Assembly (NCBI RefSeq): GCF_009914755.1
Contig: NC_060932.1
Reading direction: 5' to 3' (one strand)
DNA: 64,000 nucleotides
Origin: the human T2T-CHM13v2.0 reference genome, Homo sapiens
Shown here piece by piece: positions 27,000 to 40,727 of the stretch (the first letter of the stretch is position 1; each line of letters opens with the position of its first letter). A model generated the notes under the pieces. It was not told the DNA's origin. It saw only the letters and a program-made list of their open reading frames with translations, and did no database searches. Both the position numbers and the translations under genes were made by a program.

Positions 27000-27300
27000 T
27001 TGATGCAGTTTGGAAGTGAGGAGTCTGGACCCAAGAGCCAGACTTCTCCTGCACTTATGGGTCCTGAGACCCTGGGCTCTTACATAATCTCTCAGTATGT
27101 AAAATGAGGATAATACGACTATTTCCCTCAACAGACTGTTTTAACCTATTTCCCATTTAGGAAAAAAAAAATGTGCAGCTCACTGCCAGTGCTCATTTCT
27201 TAAGGCAAATGGGAAAGGGGTTAAGGGTTCTCTGAGTTAATGCATGCCGAGTTCTTAAAGAATATAGGAAGGTTTCATGAATGTAGCTCTTGTTATTACT
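27000..27300 (+). mobile_element. MIR interrupted by MER75A
   Basis: GAGACCCTGGGC...TGTAAAATGAGGATAATA...[insert]...TGAGTTAATGCATG...AATGTAGCT...TTATTA. Confidence 0.65.
27145..27220. mobile_element. MER75A piggyBac-family MITE
   Basis: 76 bp flanked by TTAA at 27141-27144 and 27221-27224. TIRs CCTATTTCCCATTT / AAATGGGAAAGGGG; internal GTGCAGCTCACTGCCAGTGCTCATTT matches MER75. Confidence 0.85.
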
Positions 27301-28716
27301 TTGTGAAGATGTCCATGGCACAGGTGACATTGACTTGCAGAAATGACTGGCTGTGCTGAGCACCTGTGCTGTAGAAGGCTCTGGAAGTACACCTGGCCTG
27401 CTTGCTATCCATATCCCTTTAGAGCATCATGCTGCCTTTGTTTTTCTACAACTGAGACCCTGGACATTTTCTCTTCTGTCTAGGATGAAAGTTATTTTTA
27501 GTCTGTTTTTTTCGTTTGTTTGTTTTGGAGAAGTGGGAACACACTCATGCTGATTTAGTAAGAACATCTTGGGCAGCATTGGGGCAGTGGCTTTTCCCCG
27601 CCAAGGAGACAAAAGATGATGTATACCCTAATTCCTGTATCATCTGCACTTCTCCCAAAAGACTGAGAGGTCTGCCTTAAATTCTATGGAATCTTTAAGT
27701 GATTTAAGAAATATGCTCTCTGGGCTGTACTGGAATACAAGAGCTCAGTTTTGCAGACTTAGTGCAGCAGTTCTAATTTATGCATTTGGAAAGAGAATGC
27801 CATTGCTCTCTGCAAAGCTGTGAGATCCGTGCAGTCCAGCATCTACTTTCATGCATCGCAGGAAGCTCTATTTCCATTCCTGACAAGCCCATCTCTGGCT
27901 CAAACTGTGAGGAAAGAGAAGCAGTTCCTGAATGAGGCCCTGACAGGGAGACAGCTACAACAGGTGGCCAGGAGGGATGGGAAGTAGCTCTTGTTGATGT
28001 CTTCAAATTCAGTGCATATGAATTTCAAAATGTAAACATTTTAAGGCAATTTGGGAGAAGGGAATTAAGTTTTATTTTGAAAGTAAGCAAGGAGCAAAGG
28101 GTTCTCAGCAAATCTATCCCCCCTCCTCACCCTTCTCCCGGTGAGGACCCCTGCACGCCGCTGCCTTCCTTGCGAGCAAGGTGTCCATCCACAGCAATTT
28201 CATGTGCTCTCCACTCACAGCCAGAGACTGTGGAAATGGAGCTGTCAGCCCTGAAAATAGAGATGCTTTGGTAGAAGTTAAATAACAAAGCCGTCGAAAG
28301 TGCATTGCTCTTCATAGGTCCCTGGCTGTAATATTATTCATACCATCTTCCTTTTGCACCAGGCTGCAAACTCATTTTTAAAAACAATTGTCAATATATG
28401 TAGAGCTGCTGGAGCTAAACCTGCAGGCAAGAGCCGGGATTGAGGCAACTTTACAAAGCTACTGCTTTTTGATTGCTCTCTGTTTAAAGTCCATGAAAAT
28501 GAAAGACTTACAGGCTTCCCCCTTTCCAAGCAAAGCACTTTAGTGGCTCATTATTTTCAATGGTTGGGGTCTATGGAGGATTTTATTCTGCCCTAGCAGG
28601 TAGATTTCCTTTATTGTTAGCTCATTCGGTCCCACTTGATGCGGGATGGGTGGATGGAGATTTTCTGCAGCATTCCTGATAGGAGGCTGTCTAGCAACTG
28701 CTTCAGAGTCTCTGGC

Positions 28717-28890
28717 CCAGCATTTGCTGAGGTTCTATTATGCCTGCATCATGGTCCTGGGTTCTTTTCAAATGTCATCTTGTTTTGTGGTCCCCCGGAT
28801 GCAGATGGCCTGGTATGTTCACTTAGCCGAACTGGAACTGAGGTTTTGAGCCTAAAGAACTTGCTCAAGGTCATAGAACTGGTGAAACAA
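28717..28890 (-). mobile_element. MIR fragment
   Basis: GCATTTGCTGAGG...GAACTGAGGT...AACTTGCTCAAGGTCATAGAACTGGT. Confidence 0.65.
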
Positions 28891-30629
28891 ACCTCAGTGT
28901 GCCCTAAGAGCCTTGGGACACCATGGGCACTAAAGAAAATGTCATTTTCTTTTTGTCCAAAAAATTGTCATTATAAGACACTATTTCCCTCAGTCAGCCT
29001 TGTATTTCCCTGGCCTTTTTATTTTTATTCTTTGCCATTTTCCTTGGTTTTCATCTTTTTCACTGTACACTCTGAATCAATGGTCTACAACTTTTATGAC
29101 ATTAAAGACCTTTTATCCTTCACTGGAGGAACTTTCTGCTGAGGAACTTTTCCCGTTTTAGCAGATGGATTAATAAGGAGTTATTCATCTCTCCATTTTA
29201 AAGATTGAATAATGTATAATGATACACGTGTCTAGCCACATAGTTGAAATAATTGTGGTTAAAAAAACTGGCATATCCTATGGGATTCAAGTTTCAATAC
29301 TTCCAAGAGTTTTTGAAATATTGCAAATAAAAAAACTGACATTACTAAGTCTGAGATTTCTAAGGGGTTCCAAAGCATCGCCATACAAATTTTTTCCTAT
29401 ATTTCATTTGCTGTCATTGGCTTCCTTTGTGATGGAGAATAAAATCATTGTCACTGGGGCCAGTCTTGCCTGCCCCTTCTCCTTTGCATTCCCTGACAGC
29501 CTCTCCTTTTTCCTAGTCCAGATTTGTCATGATGCCTGCTGCTTCCTTCTTACATTTATCACATCTCCTCTCCCGCCATTCTCCTCCTCTATATGCACAC
29601 TGCCCTCCAGCAAGATCAGCTGGTGCACCAGAATAATGTGAACTGGAAGGTTAATTATTGAAAGGATACTTACCACAGGCTGTTCTGGGGGCATGTGATT
29701 CGCGTTAACCACAGCACTTTTACTGCTCCTTTCCACTGTTGTAAATCCCCTTTCCTATAGGCTGCCCACCTAGAAAAGAGCAATGGAAGGCCCTGTTCCT
29801 TTATCAATACCTCTTAGAAGCTCCCTCACATCCTGGGTGGCAGAATGAATGGCTGTCCCAGCATGCTTCTCTGCTGGCTGATTGTAACACTTTTCACATC
29901 CTATCACCCATGAGGACAGAAATTGTTTTGTTTATCTCTTTGTTAGCAGAATCTGTTACAACATTGTTTGTTCAGTAAGAGTCACTGAGTTGAATCCTTA
30001 CTAAGGTATTACTCTTGTCATGCATATTTTAATCTGAATGGGCAACTCTAAAACAGAGAAGGACAGGAAGGGCAGAAGAGAGAGAGGGCCGTAGAGGGAC
30101 AGATAAAGTTAATTTAACTGAAGAAAGAACACGATGGTTTTAATGGTTTAATGATTAAATTTATATTGGGGAATAGTTTAGGAAGGACATTCTGTGTGTG
30201 CTATATTTGCACAGGACCCAAATTATATTTTTAAAAGCATAAGTGGATGAAAGGTTATGAATTGTTGGCAATAAAAGAGGAAGTCTCTCCTATCATACAG
30301 AAGGATAAAATAACATCGGCCTGTCTCAGAAATCTGAGGCCACTGCAACATCAGTGAGATGTGTTTAGGATCACCAACAGATTAATGCATTACAGAATTT
30401 ACGCTTTAAGGGATTCAGTACAAACTGTTTTCAAAACAATTCAAATATTAGCTCCATTTCCATATAATCTTGGGGAAGTCAGATAATTCTATTTCAATCT
30501 CACAATATGCAAATTAGAATGATGCCACATAGGCAAAGGGTTATGGATTCTTAAAACATCATCCTTTTAAAATGCACCATTATAACATTAAAGGTGTTAA
30601 TTTACACAGTCTTTTTTTTTAATTTCTTA

Positions 30630-31110
30630 AGTTGAGCAATAACTGTTGAGCACTTCTTGGCATGGCCAGGAATTCGAAAATATAGCAGGCATGAATCCTG
30701 CACTTGGGAAAATTTATATGCTAAGAAAAAGTATGTAGATAAATAATGGTAATCAAGACAGGATGTTTAACATTTTAATTAGACAAGTTCAGAAGAAGTG
30801 ATGGGAAGGAGAAGGGAGAGAGAATTTCCCTGGAATTGGAAGTCCTTCTGAGTTGCTTTTGAGTGGGTGATGGAGGATGAATATGTTTAAACTGTGAAGT
30901 CAGCAGAAGATACTCCAATGGGGTAAAGAATGAAAGCAAGGTACGGAGATGGCAGTACATGGAAGTGGTGCTTACAGTACATGAAACGTGGAGCGTGGTA
31001 ATGTGTGGCACAGGTGATCGTGGGCTGGGGCGTGAGAAGCAGGGGTAATTTTACAGCGGGGAGCAATAAGTTTGAAGTTCTACCATGAAGATTTATGTGA
31101 AAACAAGAAC
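30630..31110 (-). mobile_element. L2 fragment
   Basis: ACTGTTGAGCACTTC...ATCCTGCACTTGGGAAAATTTATA...GCAAGGTACGGAG reverse L2 pattern. Confidence 0.55.
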
Positions 31111-32014
31111 AGAAAGACCACTTGTTAGGAACTGCAAAAGTCTGGTGAGGCATTAGTATGTCCTAGAGCAATGAAAGACGCTGTAAAAAGACGAGTGGAA
31201 ATGGGTGGATTACTGAATAAATGACATCACTGAATTCTCATAAAATTAGTGATCATAAAAATGAGCAGGAAATGCTGGACATACACAAAACTTCCATAAA
31301 AGTTTTCTTTTTAAAAACTTATTTCTCATAGGTGATGGAAGAATTTACTGGCAAAAGGCCAGTCTGAGTTCATAGGGCAGTAGATCCATTCAGGAGAATC
31401 GGGAGTATTCAGTGAAAATGGTGACTTATTATAAGAACCAAGCAAAGGCATAGCTTTTATTGGAAACCTTTGGGAGCAGGCATCAGGATTATGCACCAAT
31501 TTTGGTTTCAAGCAGGGCCGTAGCGTTTGGGTTTTTATTAGATTCTTCATTAAACTGGATTTCCAAGTGTATTTCACATTTTAAACAGCTTTGCATTTCC
31601 TGGTTTATTTTCCTCCTTTAGAAAGTTTATTGCCAGCAGAATTTATTTTTTAATTAGCAAATAGAAGGCTCTAGACAAGCTCTACAGAGGTTTTCCAGAA
31701 ACAGCTTGAGTTTCCCAAATGCATCTTAGGTGAATTGTCATTAGAGTAATCCACTTTTTGTTTTTCTTTGACTACAATTCCAATCAGATTATGTCCGTTT
31801 TTGTTTGATGCATTAATAAAATAGTATAAAAGTCTACATATTTTGCTTTTCTATTGAATGGTAACTGTTTGAGAAAAAACAGACAGAACAAAGTCAAAGC
31901 ACTCTGCTCCCCTAGGCAATGGCGAGCTCCGCTTATGACTCTGTTGAAAAGCAGGCACGGGAGGAAGCCGACTGGAAAAGGAAGACACTGAGATAAACAC
32001 TCCTTCTTTCTTAC

Positions 32015-32322
32015 TTTTTTTTTTTTTTTTTGAGATGGAGTCTCATGCTGTCACCCAGGCTGGAGTGCAGTGGCGGGATCACTGCTCACTCTCGGCTCAC
32101 TGCAACGTCCGCCTCCCGGGTTCAAACGATTCTCCTGCCTCAGCCTCCTGAGTAGCTGGGACCACAGGCATGCGCCACCATGCCTAGCTAATTTTTATAT
32201 TTTTAGTAGAGACGGGGTTTCACCATGTTGGCCAGGGTGGTCTCAATCTCTTGACCTCGTGATCTGCCCGCCTCGGCCTCCCAAAGTGCTGGGATTACCA
32301 GCATGAGCCACCGTGCCCGGCC
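32015..32322 (-). mobile_element. AluSc-like
   Basis: Reverse Alu with TCTCAATCTCTTGACCTCGTGATC; CTTTCTTA present on both flanks. Confidence 0.95.
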
Positions 32323-32653
32323 GCTGCTTTCTTATGTTCGTTTCTGGGTATTCGTAGTATAGAAATGTATCCAGTCTTGTTTACTTTTCTCAATTTGACA
32401 CCTTAGTTACTGAGAAGCATTGAACAAAAGCCTCCTTAAGGATGCAAAGAAAATACAGAATATATATAGTGAGAAAAAATGGGAAAATATTATGTTTAAA
32501 TGTCACTACACTTCTTAAAATATTCATGAGAATAGTTTTGTACTTAAATTGAGTGCTGGTGGTTGAAAAGTGGAGTTAAAAAGAGGAGGAGGAGGAGGCC
32601 ACTGGAGATTTTGAGAGATTTGCATACATCTTTCAAGAAGATTAATGTTTCTG

Positions 32654-32967
32654 CCTGGAGCGGGGGCTCACGCCTGTAATCCCAACAGTTCGGGAGGCTG
32701 AGGCAGGCTGATCATGAGGTCAGGAGATTGAGACCAGCCTAGTCAACCCTGTCTCTAGAGAAACCCTGTCTCTACTAAAAATACAAAAAATTAGCCAGGG
32801 TTGGTGGTGCATGCCTGTAATCCGAACTACTCAGGAGGCTGAAGCGGGAGAATCGTTTGAACCCGGGAGGCAGAGGTGGAGGTTGTAGTGAGCCAAGATT
32901 GCTCCACTGCACTGCAGCCTGGGTGACAGGGTGAGACTCCATCTCAAAAAAAAAAAAAAAAAAAAAA
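32654..32967 (+). mobile_element. AluS (Sc8/Sg-like)
   Basis: Full dimer with a pure A tail; internal AACCCTGTCTCTA duplication. Confidence 0.95.
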
Positions 32968-33099
32968 TTATTGGTATTGGTCTTTTATATTAAAAAGTAA
33001 AAGTAGTAGAGGTCTACTGTTAAAAAGGATAAGTAATAAATGTTATATAAAGTAAAAATTAAAGGTGTTATTTCTCATTACTGTCTTGACCAAAAACCG

Positions 33100-33560
33100 T
33101 CCCCAAATTAGAAAGTCAAACATCCATTATGTGTCATTCTAGATCTTTTCATCATATATAAACAGCCCACCTCTAACTCTTAAAGCTATATTTATCTTGC
33201 TATTACCAATCCTTTTATTTCTATCAACACCACTTTATTTTTCTTACCTAATTTTGATCATACCCTATGTATTGTCATTTTATTCATAAGTTCACATTAC
33301 CGTGTTTGAAGTACATACTTCTATATATGTATATGCATACCAACCATATTCTTTTCAGCAATTGCACAGTATACCGTGATATTGCTGAACCATAATTGAG
33401 TCATTCCTTTTTTAATAGAATTTAATAAAAACAGACCAATAACTGAGCCATTTTTTCATTAATAGGAAATTGATTTCCCATTGCTGGTATAGGACATGAG
33501 AATTCCTGTACGTTAATATTCAATTCACATGAACGGGCATATTTACTCACAGGTGCGAGT
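33100..33560 (-). mobile_element. Old L1ME-type 3' fragment
   Basis: GATCATACCCTATGTATTG...ATTCTTTTCAGCAATTGCACAGTAT...ACCATAATT reverse L1ME pattern. Confidence 0.45.
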
Positions 33561-35739
33561 ATTACTGAGGGTAGATTCTGAGGAACAGAAAAGAGAGACA
33601 ATATTCATGAAGAATGCGGAAGACATAGAAACAGGAACACAGAGAGGGACTTTGGGTATCAACACAGGCAGGTTGTAAACGATCTGAAATTCACTTAATT
33701 GAACCAAAATTACAGGCACAAAAGTAAGCAAGATGATTCTTACAAAGTGGAGGAAGACAGTATAAGAATAAAGAAATGGCTTTGTGGTCCTTGGTCAACA
33801 GCCCTGCCGTCTCAGAATAGCTTGAATGGAGACTGCAAGGAGGGGGTGTGGACAGAACTTAACCACTGAGCAAGATGGGCAACTGATAGAAGTTGTCTTT
33901 GGTTTGAAGTAACTTTTCAACTTTAAAGTATTTTATTCCATTTTCCTCAGATTACAAATTATCAATTATATGGGAGATAAATATCTTGAAGGTGCAATGG
34001 AAGGTTTTAAAGATTCACAGGCTCCTTTTAAGCTTCTGAATTATTATGTGGACCTCAGCAAGTGAATAAAGGGTATAACTCTTTACAGTTAATAATACCT
34101 AGAATTCATAAAAGTAAACTGTGGGTATCCGTATAGGTACTCATTTTAAATGAATTGGTCAAGTATTTATTAAGTACTTAATAATATATAAAACACTCAC
34201 TTTTCTACAACCTTTGCCCTCAAACTTAAATCACTGGAAAGACATGAAATATTTGTATGCAACAAGACAACACTGAGCGCTTGAAGATTTCCTGTCATTG
34301 GTGGCACAGAAAATAGTAGCGAATGCAGTTTGAATAAGAAGTGCTGTTAGGATGATCAGGTTTGAGGAGACTTCACATGGACATTGAGAGTTTAATAATT
34401 TGTCATCCCAAAAGTGTGGAGAAGATTTTCTAAGACTTGGAAGAAACCACGAGCAAAGACAAATGATTGTCAGATGATTATGCAATTTCTTTTTTAGGAA
34501 GAACAAGAAAATAATCTTATATAAACTACCTTGTCAATTATTCCATAAGTAATACATCTAAACAGAATAAGAAATCACATTGGTGATTTGTTTTCCTGCC
34601 CGAACGCATATAGGCAAACATATAATCTTAATTTAACATAATTTGACATTTAGAATTTACATTAGTTAGGATGAATTAGAGCAAACTTTGTTACACCTGC
34701 CAATTAATATAAATGACCATTAGATTTTAACCCAGTCAACTAAGGAAAATGTTAACACACAAGATAAAATGGTTTAAAACTATGATGCTTCCAACTTTGC
34801 TGAGGGTTTTGAATAGTATTTCCTAGAATGTGTTTATGCACTCCAATCATACACATAGCAGAGTTCCTTTCACATAATAGATTCTAAAAGTAGTGCTGTT
34901 GTCAAATGAAATAAACATTTAGGCCGCTTAGCTATTCAGTTGATTTATAAGTTACAGGCTATAGGCTAGGATTTTTTGTTAACCTAGTATACTGTGTAGA
35001 TCCTAGAACTGAACAATGGGGCTTTTTTATTCAACAAGTCAACAAATACCTTTCTAGGAAGGACAGAGAGGGAATAACAACGGCTATAAGAGCACACGCA
35101 GAAGAAGGAATGTCTTTAAATAGCAGGATTTAGCTTCTGACAGCCTTGTAGGTGCAGAAACTCAGTCCCTTTCAGTCTTTTTTGAAGTTCTGGATTTGAT
35201 TGCATTCTATAAATCAGTTGCAAGCAAACAGCTCGCAAGCTTTTCAAATCCACAAAAAAGTATAGCAGTAAAGAATGTGAAATTTAGGGTTTCCTGGCCA
35301 TTTTAAATATTGCATGATAAACTAAATTATGTGTACAATAAGGATTAGTTGGTGAATATTAGACCAAACACGCTTAGCTGAAATAACATTAAACAGAATG
35401 TCTTTAATTCTGATACCTTGGTGAGTCTAAGATGAGATAACACCTCTTTGCTAGATCCTGCTGAAACAGGCTGACAGGCTTTGAGGGTTTGAAGAATGCC
35501 TTCTTAACACGGTAATCCCACCTCAACATTAGGGGTTAGGATCTTGAACCTGTGTTCAAGGTAGACCATAAATTGAAAGAATACGGGGCTAAGGAAGATT
35601 GAGGAATATCACAAGTGAATCTATAAAAACTCTAACATAAAATAATGCATGAAATAAAATAAGGTAGTATTTTTTCCTCATATTAGTAAGATCAGGTACT
35701 ATGAAATTATTTCCAGGGCATCATAAGATGCCAGCCTCT

Positions 35740-35938
35740 TCTGCAGCATAGAGGTCGGAAGCTCACTAGCTACAAACCCCTCCCACACTTACTGGCTGTG
35801 GTAAGATCACTCTAGTTTTGTTTATTTGTGAATAGGATTAATAGTAGGTATTCTTATTTACTCAGGTTTATTGAGAGATACAAATGAAACACAACATGGG
35901 AACATAGAGAAATCCTCAATGAAAGTTAACATTATTGC
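35740..35938 (+). mobile_element. MIR fragment
   Basis: CACTTACTGGCTGTG...TTATTGAGAGAT...CTCAATGAAAGTTAACATTATT. Confidence 0.6.
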
Positions 35939-36759
35939 TGTTTTATTTCCATTTTTGTAATACTTCTATTGCTAGACACATTGTAGGATCTATTTTTCTT
36001 CCCCACAGATCAAAAGAGATGTTTTTAAATTTGTTTTTTTCCTGTGCTGGAATCACCATGCAAACTGAGCAGCTGAGTGTTTTCTTTAAATCTTTCTCTC
36101 CATCTGAATTTAAGGTGGCAATGGGCCAGTGGTTCTCACCTAGGGCACTAATTTGGTTTCATCACATGGGTTGCTCACAGCACACTGAGACATCTGAGGC
36201 TGAGTTCAGGCACACTAGAAAATAGTTAAATGATTAGAAATTCCTAAGGGCCTAGGGTGAGGAAGTGGCAGACCACATAGTCTTTCCTCTGCTTCTGAGA
36301 TATATTTATACATATGCATACATATATACCATATACACACGGTCAATACCTTTTAGAATTTCTTAGTTTTTTGGGCCATGGTCATTATAAACAAAGATTT
36401 TCTTAGATGCCTAGCTTGAAAAAGGTCTGAATAGTTTCAGCTGTTTGAATTGCTGTAATTGAGGAGCTATGTTTGCAAATGCCTTCGTAATCATGAGAAT
36501 ATAACTATCTCCCCCCCTAGGATATGAACTGCATCAGAGTAGAGATAATCCCACTGCTGCATCCTCGGCCGCTAGATGCATTCCTGGCTACCCAGGCGTG
36601 GCACATTGTAAATATCAGTGGGCGAGATGAATAGAAGACTCAGTCTTAGCCCTTTCGATGTTTCCTCTTTGCCAAAATCTATGACATCAGCCCTTTTTTA
36701 CACAAAGTAAATCGCCTTCCTTCCTGAAAGTAATCAGTGCTGTGACTTCTAGTCTCTTA

Positions 36760-37190
36760 AAGGTAATAGAAGTTACTGCCTTTTGCCACAACACGGATGA
36801 ATCTGAAGGACTTTATATAAGTGAAATAAGCCAGAAACAGAAAAATACCACACGGTCTTAGCGACATGCACCTGAAAAGAGAAGCATACGTAGAAACAGA
36901 GAATGGAAAGGTGGTTAGCAGGGACAGGCAAGAGGGGACGGCGGGAGAGGGGGAGAAGTAGAAAAGCAAGCTAACTAATCCTTACGAATAAACACAGGGA
37001 TTTAGCGGAGGGCATAAGGATTATAGTTAATAATACTGTATTGTATACTGAAAATTTGGTAAGAGTAGAATGTAGGTGTTTGTAATGCACATCCACTGAA
37101 TGTAACTATGGAAGGAAATGAGTAAGTGTGCTTGATTGTGGTCATCATTTCACTATATAAGCTTTAAAAGCAACAATAATTTTAAAAAGT
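36760..37190 (+). mobile_element. L1MA9/L1MA10-like 3' end
   Basis: ACAACACGGATGAATCTGAAGGAC...AAGTGAAATAAGCCAG...TATAGTTAATAATACTGTATTGTATACTGAAAATTTG. Confidence 0.85.
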
Positions 37191-37842
37191 AATAGCTCTA
37201 TGACTTGTTTTTCTTAGAACTTTTTTTTGTTTTATAAAATCTTTACCCTTGCTGTCTTACGTATGATTCTTTTGTTCTATTCTTTACCCCTTATTTTACC
37301 TTTTACTAGCTTTTTCCAATGGGATTCTGATATTTTTATATGTCCCATCTGTAGAATTTACTCTCAAAGCATCTGAAATAGAAAGTAAAACAGTATTTAC
37401 CAGAATTTCACGAGAGGTCATGAAGTGTGTACACTATCTATAAGGTAACTCTTACATCACTGCTATTTTCATTCTGCCTGGCAAATTTCTTATCTCCAAG
37501 ATAACCTTCTGCATAAACATTGTATCTCCTGTGCCTTGCTTTACTTCAGAGTTTTGGAGGTATCCTCAATAAAAAGAAATCAATTTTTAATATATGTTAA
37601 TGCATTATATAAGCAATAAAGAATAAAAGAGCTAGGTGATCATAATACTTCTATTTATTGTATGTGTTCAGAAAGCACAGCTTTGTACCAGAATTATTCT
37701 AGATGTAACGCATGTTCTCTTTTTAGTGTTTGTAGTCAGTTTAAAGCAAAAGTAATAAAATCTAGTCATCTTTGCAGATTGTCACTTACAGAGACCATCC
37801 CAACCCATCATGATAGCCAACAAACTTTGATCATCCATAGAA

Positions 37843-38132
37843 TTTTTTTTTTTGACTCTCCATCTGTTGCCCAGGCTGGAGTGCAGTGATGCGATCTCGG
37901 CTCACTGCAACTTCCACCTCCCAATTCAGGCTATTCTACTGCCTCAGCCCTCCTGAGTAGCTGGAATTACAGGTGTGCACCACTAGGCCTGGCTAATTTT
38001 TGTATTTTTAGTAGAGATGGCTTTTCACAATGTTGGCCAGGCTAGTCTTGAACTCCTGACCTCAGGTGATCCACCCACCTCAGCCTCTCAAAGTGCTGGG
38101 ATTACATGCGGCATGAGCCACCGCGCCTGGCC
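37843..38132 (-). mobile_element. AluSx-like
   Basis: Reverse Alu with CCTGACCTCAGGTGATCCACCC. Confidence 0.95.
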
Positions 38133-39829
38133 CAGAAACAGAAATTATGTTGGTGTTTTGCAGTTTTAAATCTTTGTGAACCAGCAAAATAAAATGAAAT
38201 GGAACAATGTATTTGTAAATGCTCTGACACCCCTAAGTAGTGCTGTGGTCATTTGGGGTGTTTGGTTCATGATTGCATGGATAGATACATCGATGGTAGA
38301 CAGATGGCATTTTTATCCTTTTTGCCTTATATTAGTTTTTCGAAAGTTAAAGTTCAAAATGTTTTGTAGTGTTTTGTAATATCTCATACCAAAAGACCTG
38401 AATTAGTATCACTTGTGAGGATACATGTGTGAATAAACAGATGTAGACAGGCTTTCTAAAGCATTTTTAAGCTATACCTGCTTTATTAATATCTGCTTAA
38501 TATTATTTTGAGAAGAAAAGTTTCCCAGTGGAACTCAGATTGAGCTAGAAGCACCATTCAGAAACACACGGCACCTTTATGGTGTCCTCACGGAACTGCT
38601 TCTGCCTTACTGTTCCTACTGCAGGAATGAGTAAACTAGTTTTGAGATGGAAATGCAGGTCATTATCAGATTTTTAGCATATCCTATAAAACTACTCATT
38701 TTTAACAGCAGCTCTCCCACAGTGACATAAATCACTGGAGTGTTGACAATGGATCTCATTTGTCTTTGTAGCTTCTGTGTTTCTTGTTGAAGTAAATTAA
38801 ACTGAGTTCACGTATTGAGGCCTTTAAATGTGGAGACGATCCATCCTGCTTATCTAAGGATGTTTTGCCTTTACTTTCAAAAACTCCTTATTTTTGTGTG
38901 TTCTCAAACCTAGGGAACACCCTACTATAAGTCCTGATACCCAAGGTTCATTTCCCAACATTTTTCCAGGGGCAGAGGCAAGAATCGTGAAGGTAGTGTG
39001 GGATCTCTCCTGAGCCTGGTAGCCAGCATTACTCTCTGGGATTTCTTTCTTTGCCCTTCTCTCTACCTTGGAAATCACCACATCATCCTGGGTGTTTTGA
39101 ATCAGTTCTTTATCGCTTTATCCATCAAGCTGACCTTCAAAGAGAAATTCTGATAAGAATCTTTTTCCTCTTAAAGATCATATTGATATTTCGTGTTTTT
39201 AAGCATAGTCTCTCATTGCTTTTAAATGGGGATTTGCCAATTTGAACATAAAAATTATTCTTATGCATATAATTGCAGAAATTGTGTATATTTTTGGTTA
39301 TTGCAACTTAAAAAATGTAGATGTATGTGGGGGAAATAAGAGTAAGTTGCAAGAAAGGCGATTATCCTTAATGAAGTTGCCGACATAAGAGGACGTTTCA
39401 GTCGGAAGAAGTAAATGGTGAATGGACATTGGATAGAATTCTGTAAAACGTGGCACATGTCAACAGTTTCATTCAATGAACTTGACTGAGGCCTGTCATG
39501 CGGTTGGCACTAAGTGCCTCAGGTACACATGCATGTGTGCATACACACACTGACATCCTACCCATGTGTGCACACATTCACATAGACAGGCTACACTATT
39601 TTACACAGCTACACACTATCTTACACTATTTTAAGTCCATACACTATTACACAGGTCACTATTTTAAGTCCATAATTTTAAGTCCATAATTCAATAAGGG
39701 AAATGTATTAAAGAGAAAAATATATGCTGTAAAGAAGTCAAAAAAGAGCTACGAAAAAGCACTGCTTGTAGGAAGTAGAAAAAAATCACAAAATAGCATT
39801 TGATTTGGAACATAACAAAATTATTCCAG

Positions 39830-40200
39830 GTAGTGAATACTGGAGTTTTCTAGACTGTACCTAGAGTCTTTAAATAGATTGGTGAGTTCAGAGAAGTATA
39901 AAATGTTTCTTGTAGTGTTTTGCAAACAAGGGAATGATGAGGGATGAGTCTGTAAAAATAGATTAGGGCCAGATCATGCTGGATCTTGCAGTCAGTGCCA
40001 AGGGACTTAGATTTTAGGCTGTAGGCAATGGAGAGGCAGCTTTAATTAAAGGATGGCATGATCAATTTTATGTTTTGAATGAAACAATGATTCTTTTATT
40101 GGAAGAATGCAGAATTCAGAGGAATGAGGAGAAATTAAAAGCACATAATTAGATTAAAAATTTAAAACAGTACAAGAGAGACTCTCTAGATGAGACAAGG
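39830..40200 (-). mobile_element. L2 fragment
   Basis: AGGGCCAGATCATG...GGACTTAGATTTTA...GTAGGCAATGGAGAG...GGCATGATCAATTTTATGTTTT. Confidence 0.65.
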
Positions 40201-40727
40201 TTACTCCCACTGTAAAAATTATTACTTATACATATCTTATTATAAATATCTTCATGGATTAAAGGCAGGAGAACATAGCATGAATTAGTTTAGAAATTGT
40301 ATATTTGACATTTGGGTTAACCATCCTATTTCCTTGAATACTTCTCTGTTCTTAATAAGCACTCAGCAGATACTTGAAAGAAAATGTTTATATGACACCA
40401 AAGTTTTGGACACATAAAATAGAAATGATTTAGAGCTTTAATATATACTGTTATGACTGAAAGAAAAAAGATGACATAGTCTGACTCTGTCACTTACTAT
40501 GTGATGTTAGATAACTCACATAACCCTCATATACAAAAGCTGCGATAGAATTGCCTTCTATAATATAGAAGCCTTCAGGATACCACTTTTTATTTTTTCC
40601 CCACTACCAGTGTCTTCAGATTGTATGAGATGCATGATTCTAAGCTACTTCCCAGTAGAAAGTAATAAAAAAAAAATGGTTCATTTACATTTGACTTGAT
40701 ATTATAAGAAAGGAAGTCTGGGGCCTG

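Noticed and set aside
28636-29641. 168-aa and 140-aa hydrophobic ORFs
   Set aside because: The first overlaps an antisense MIR; hydrophobicity reflects T-rich DNA; no recognisable homology or exon structure.
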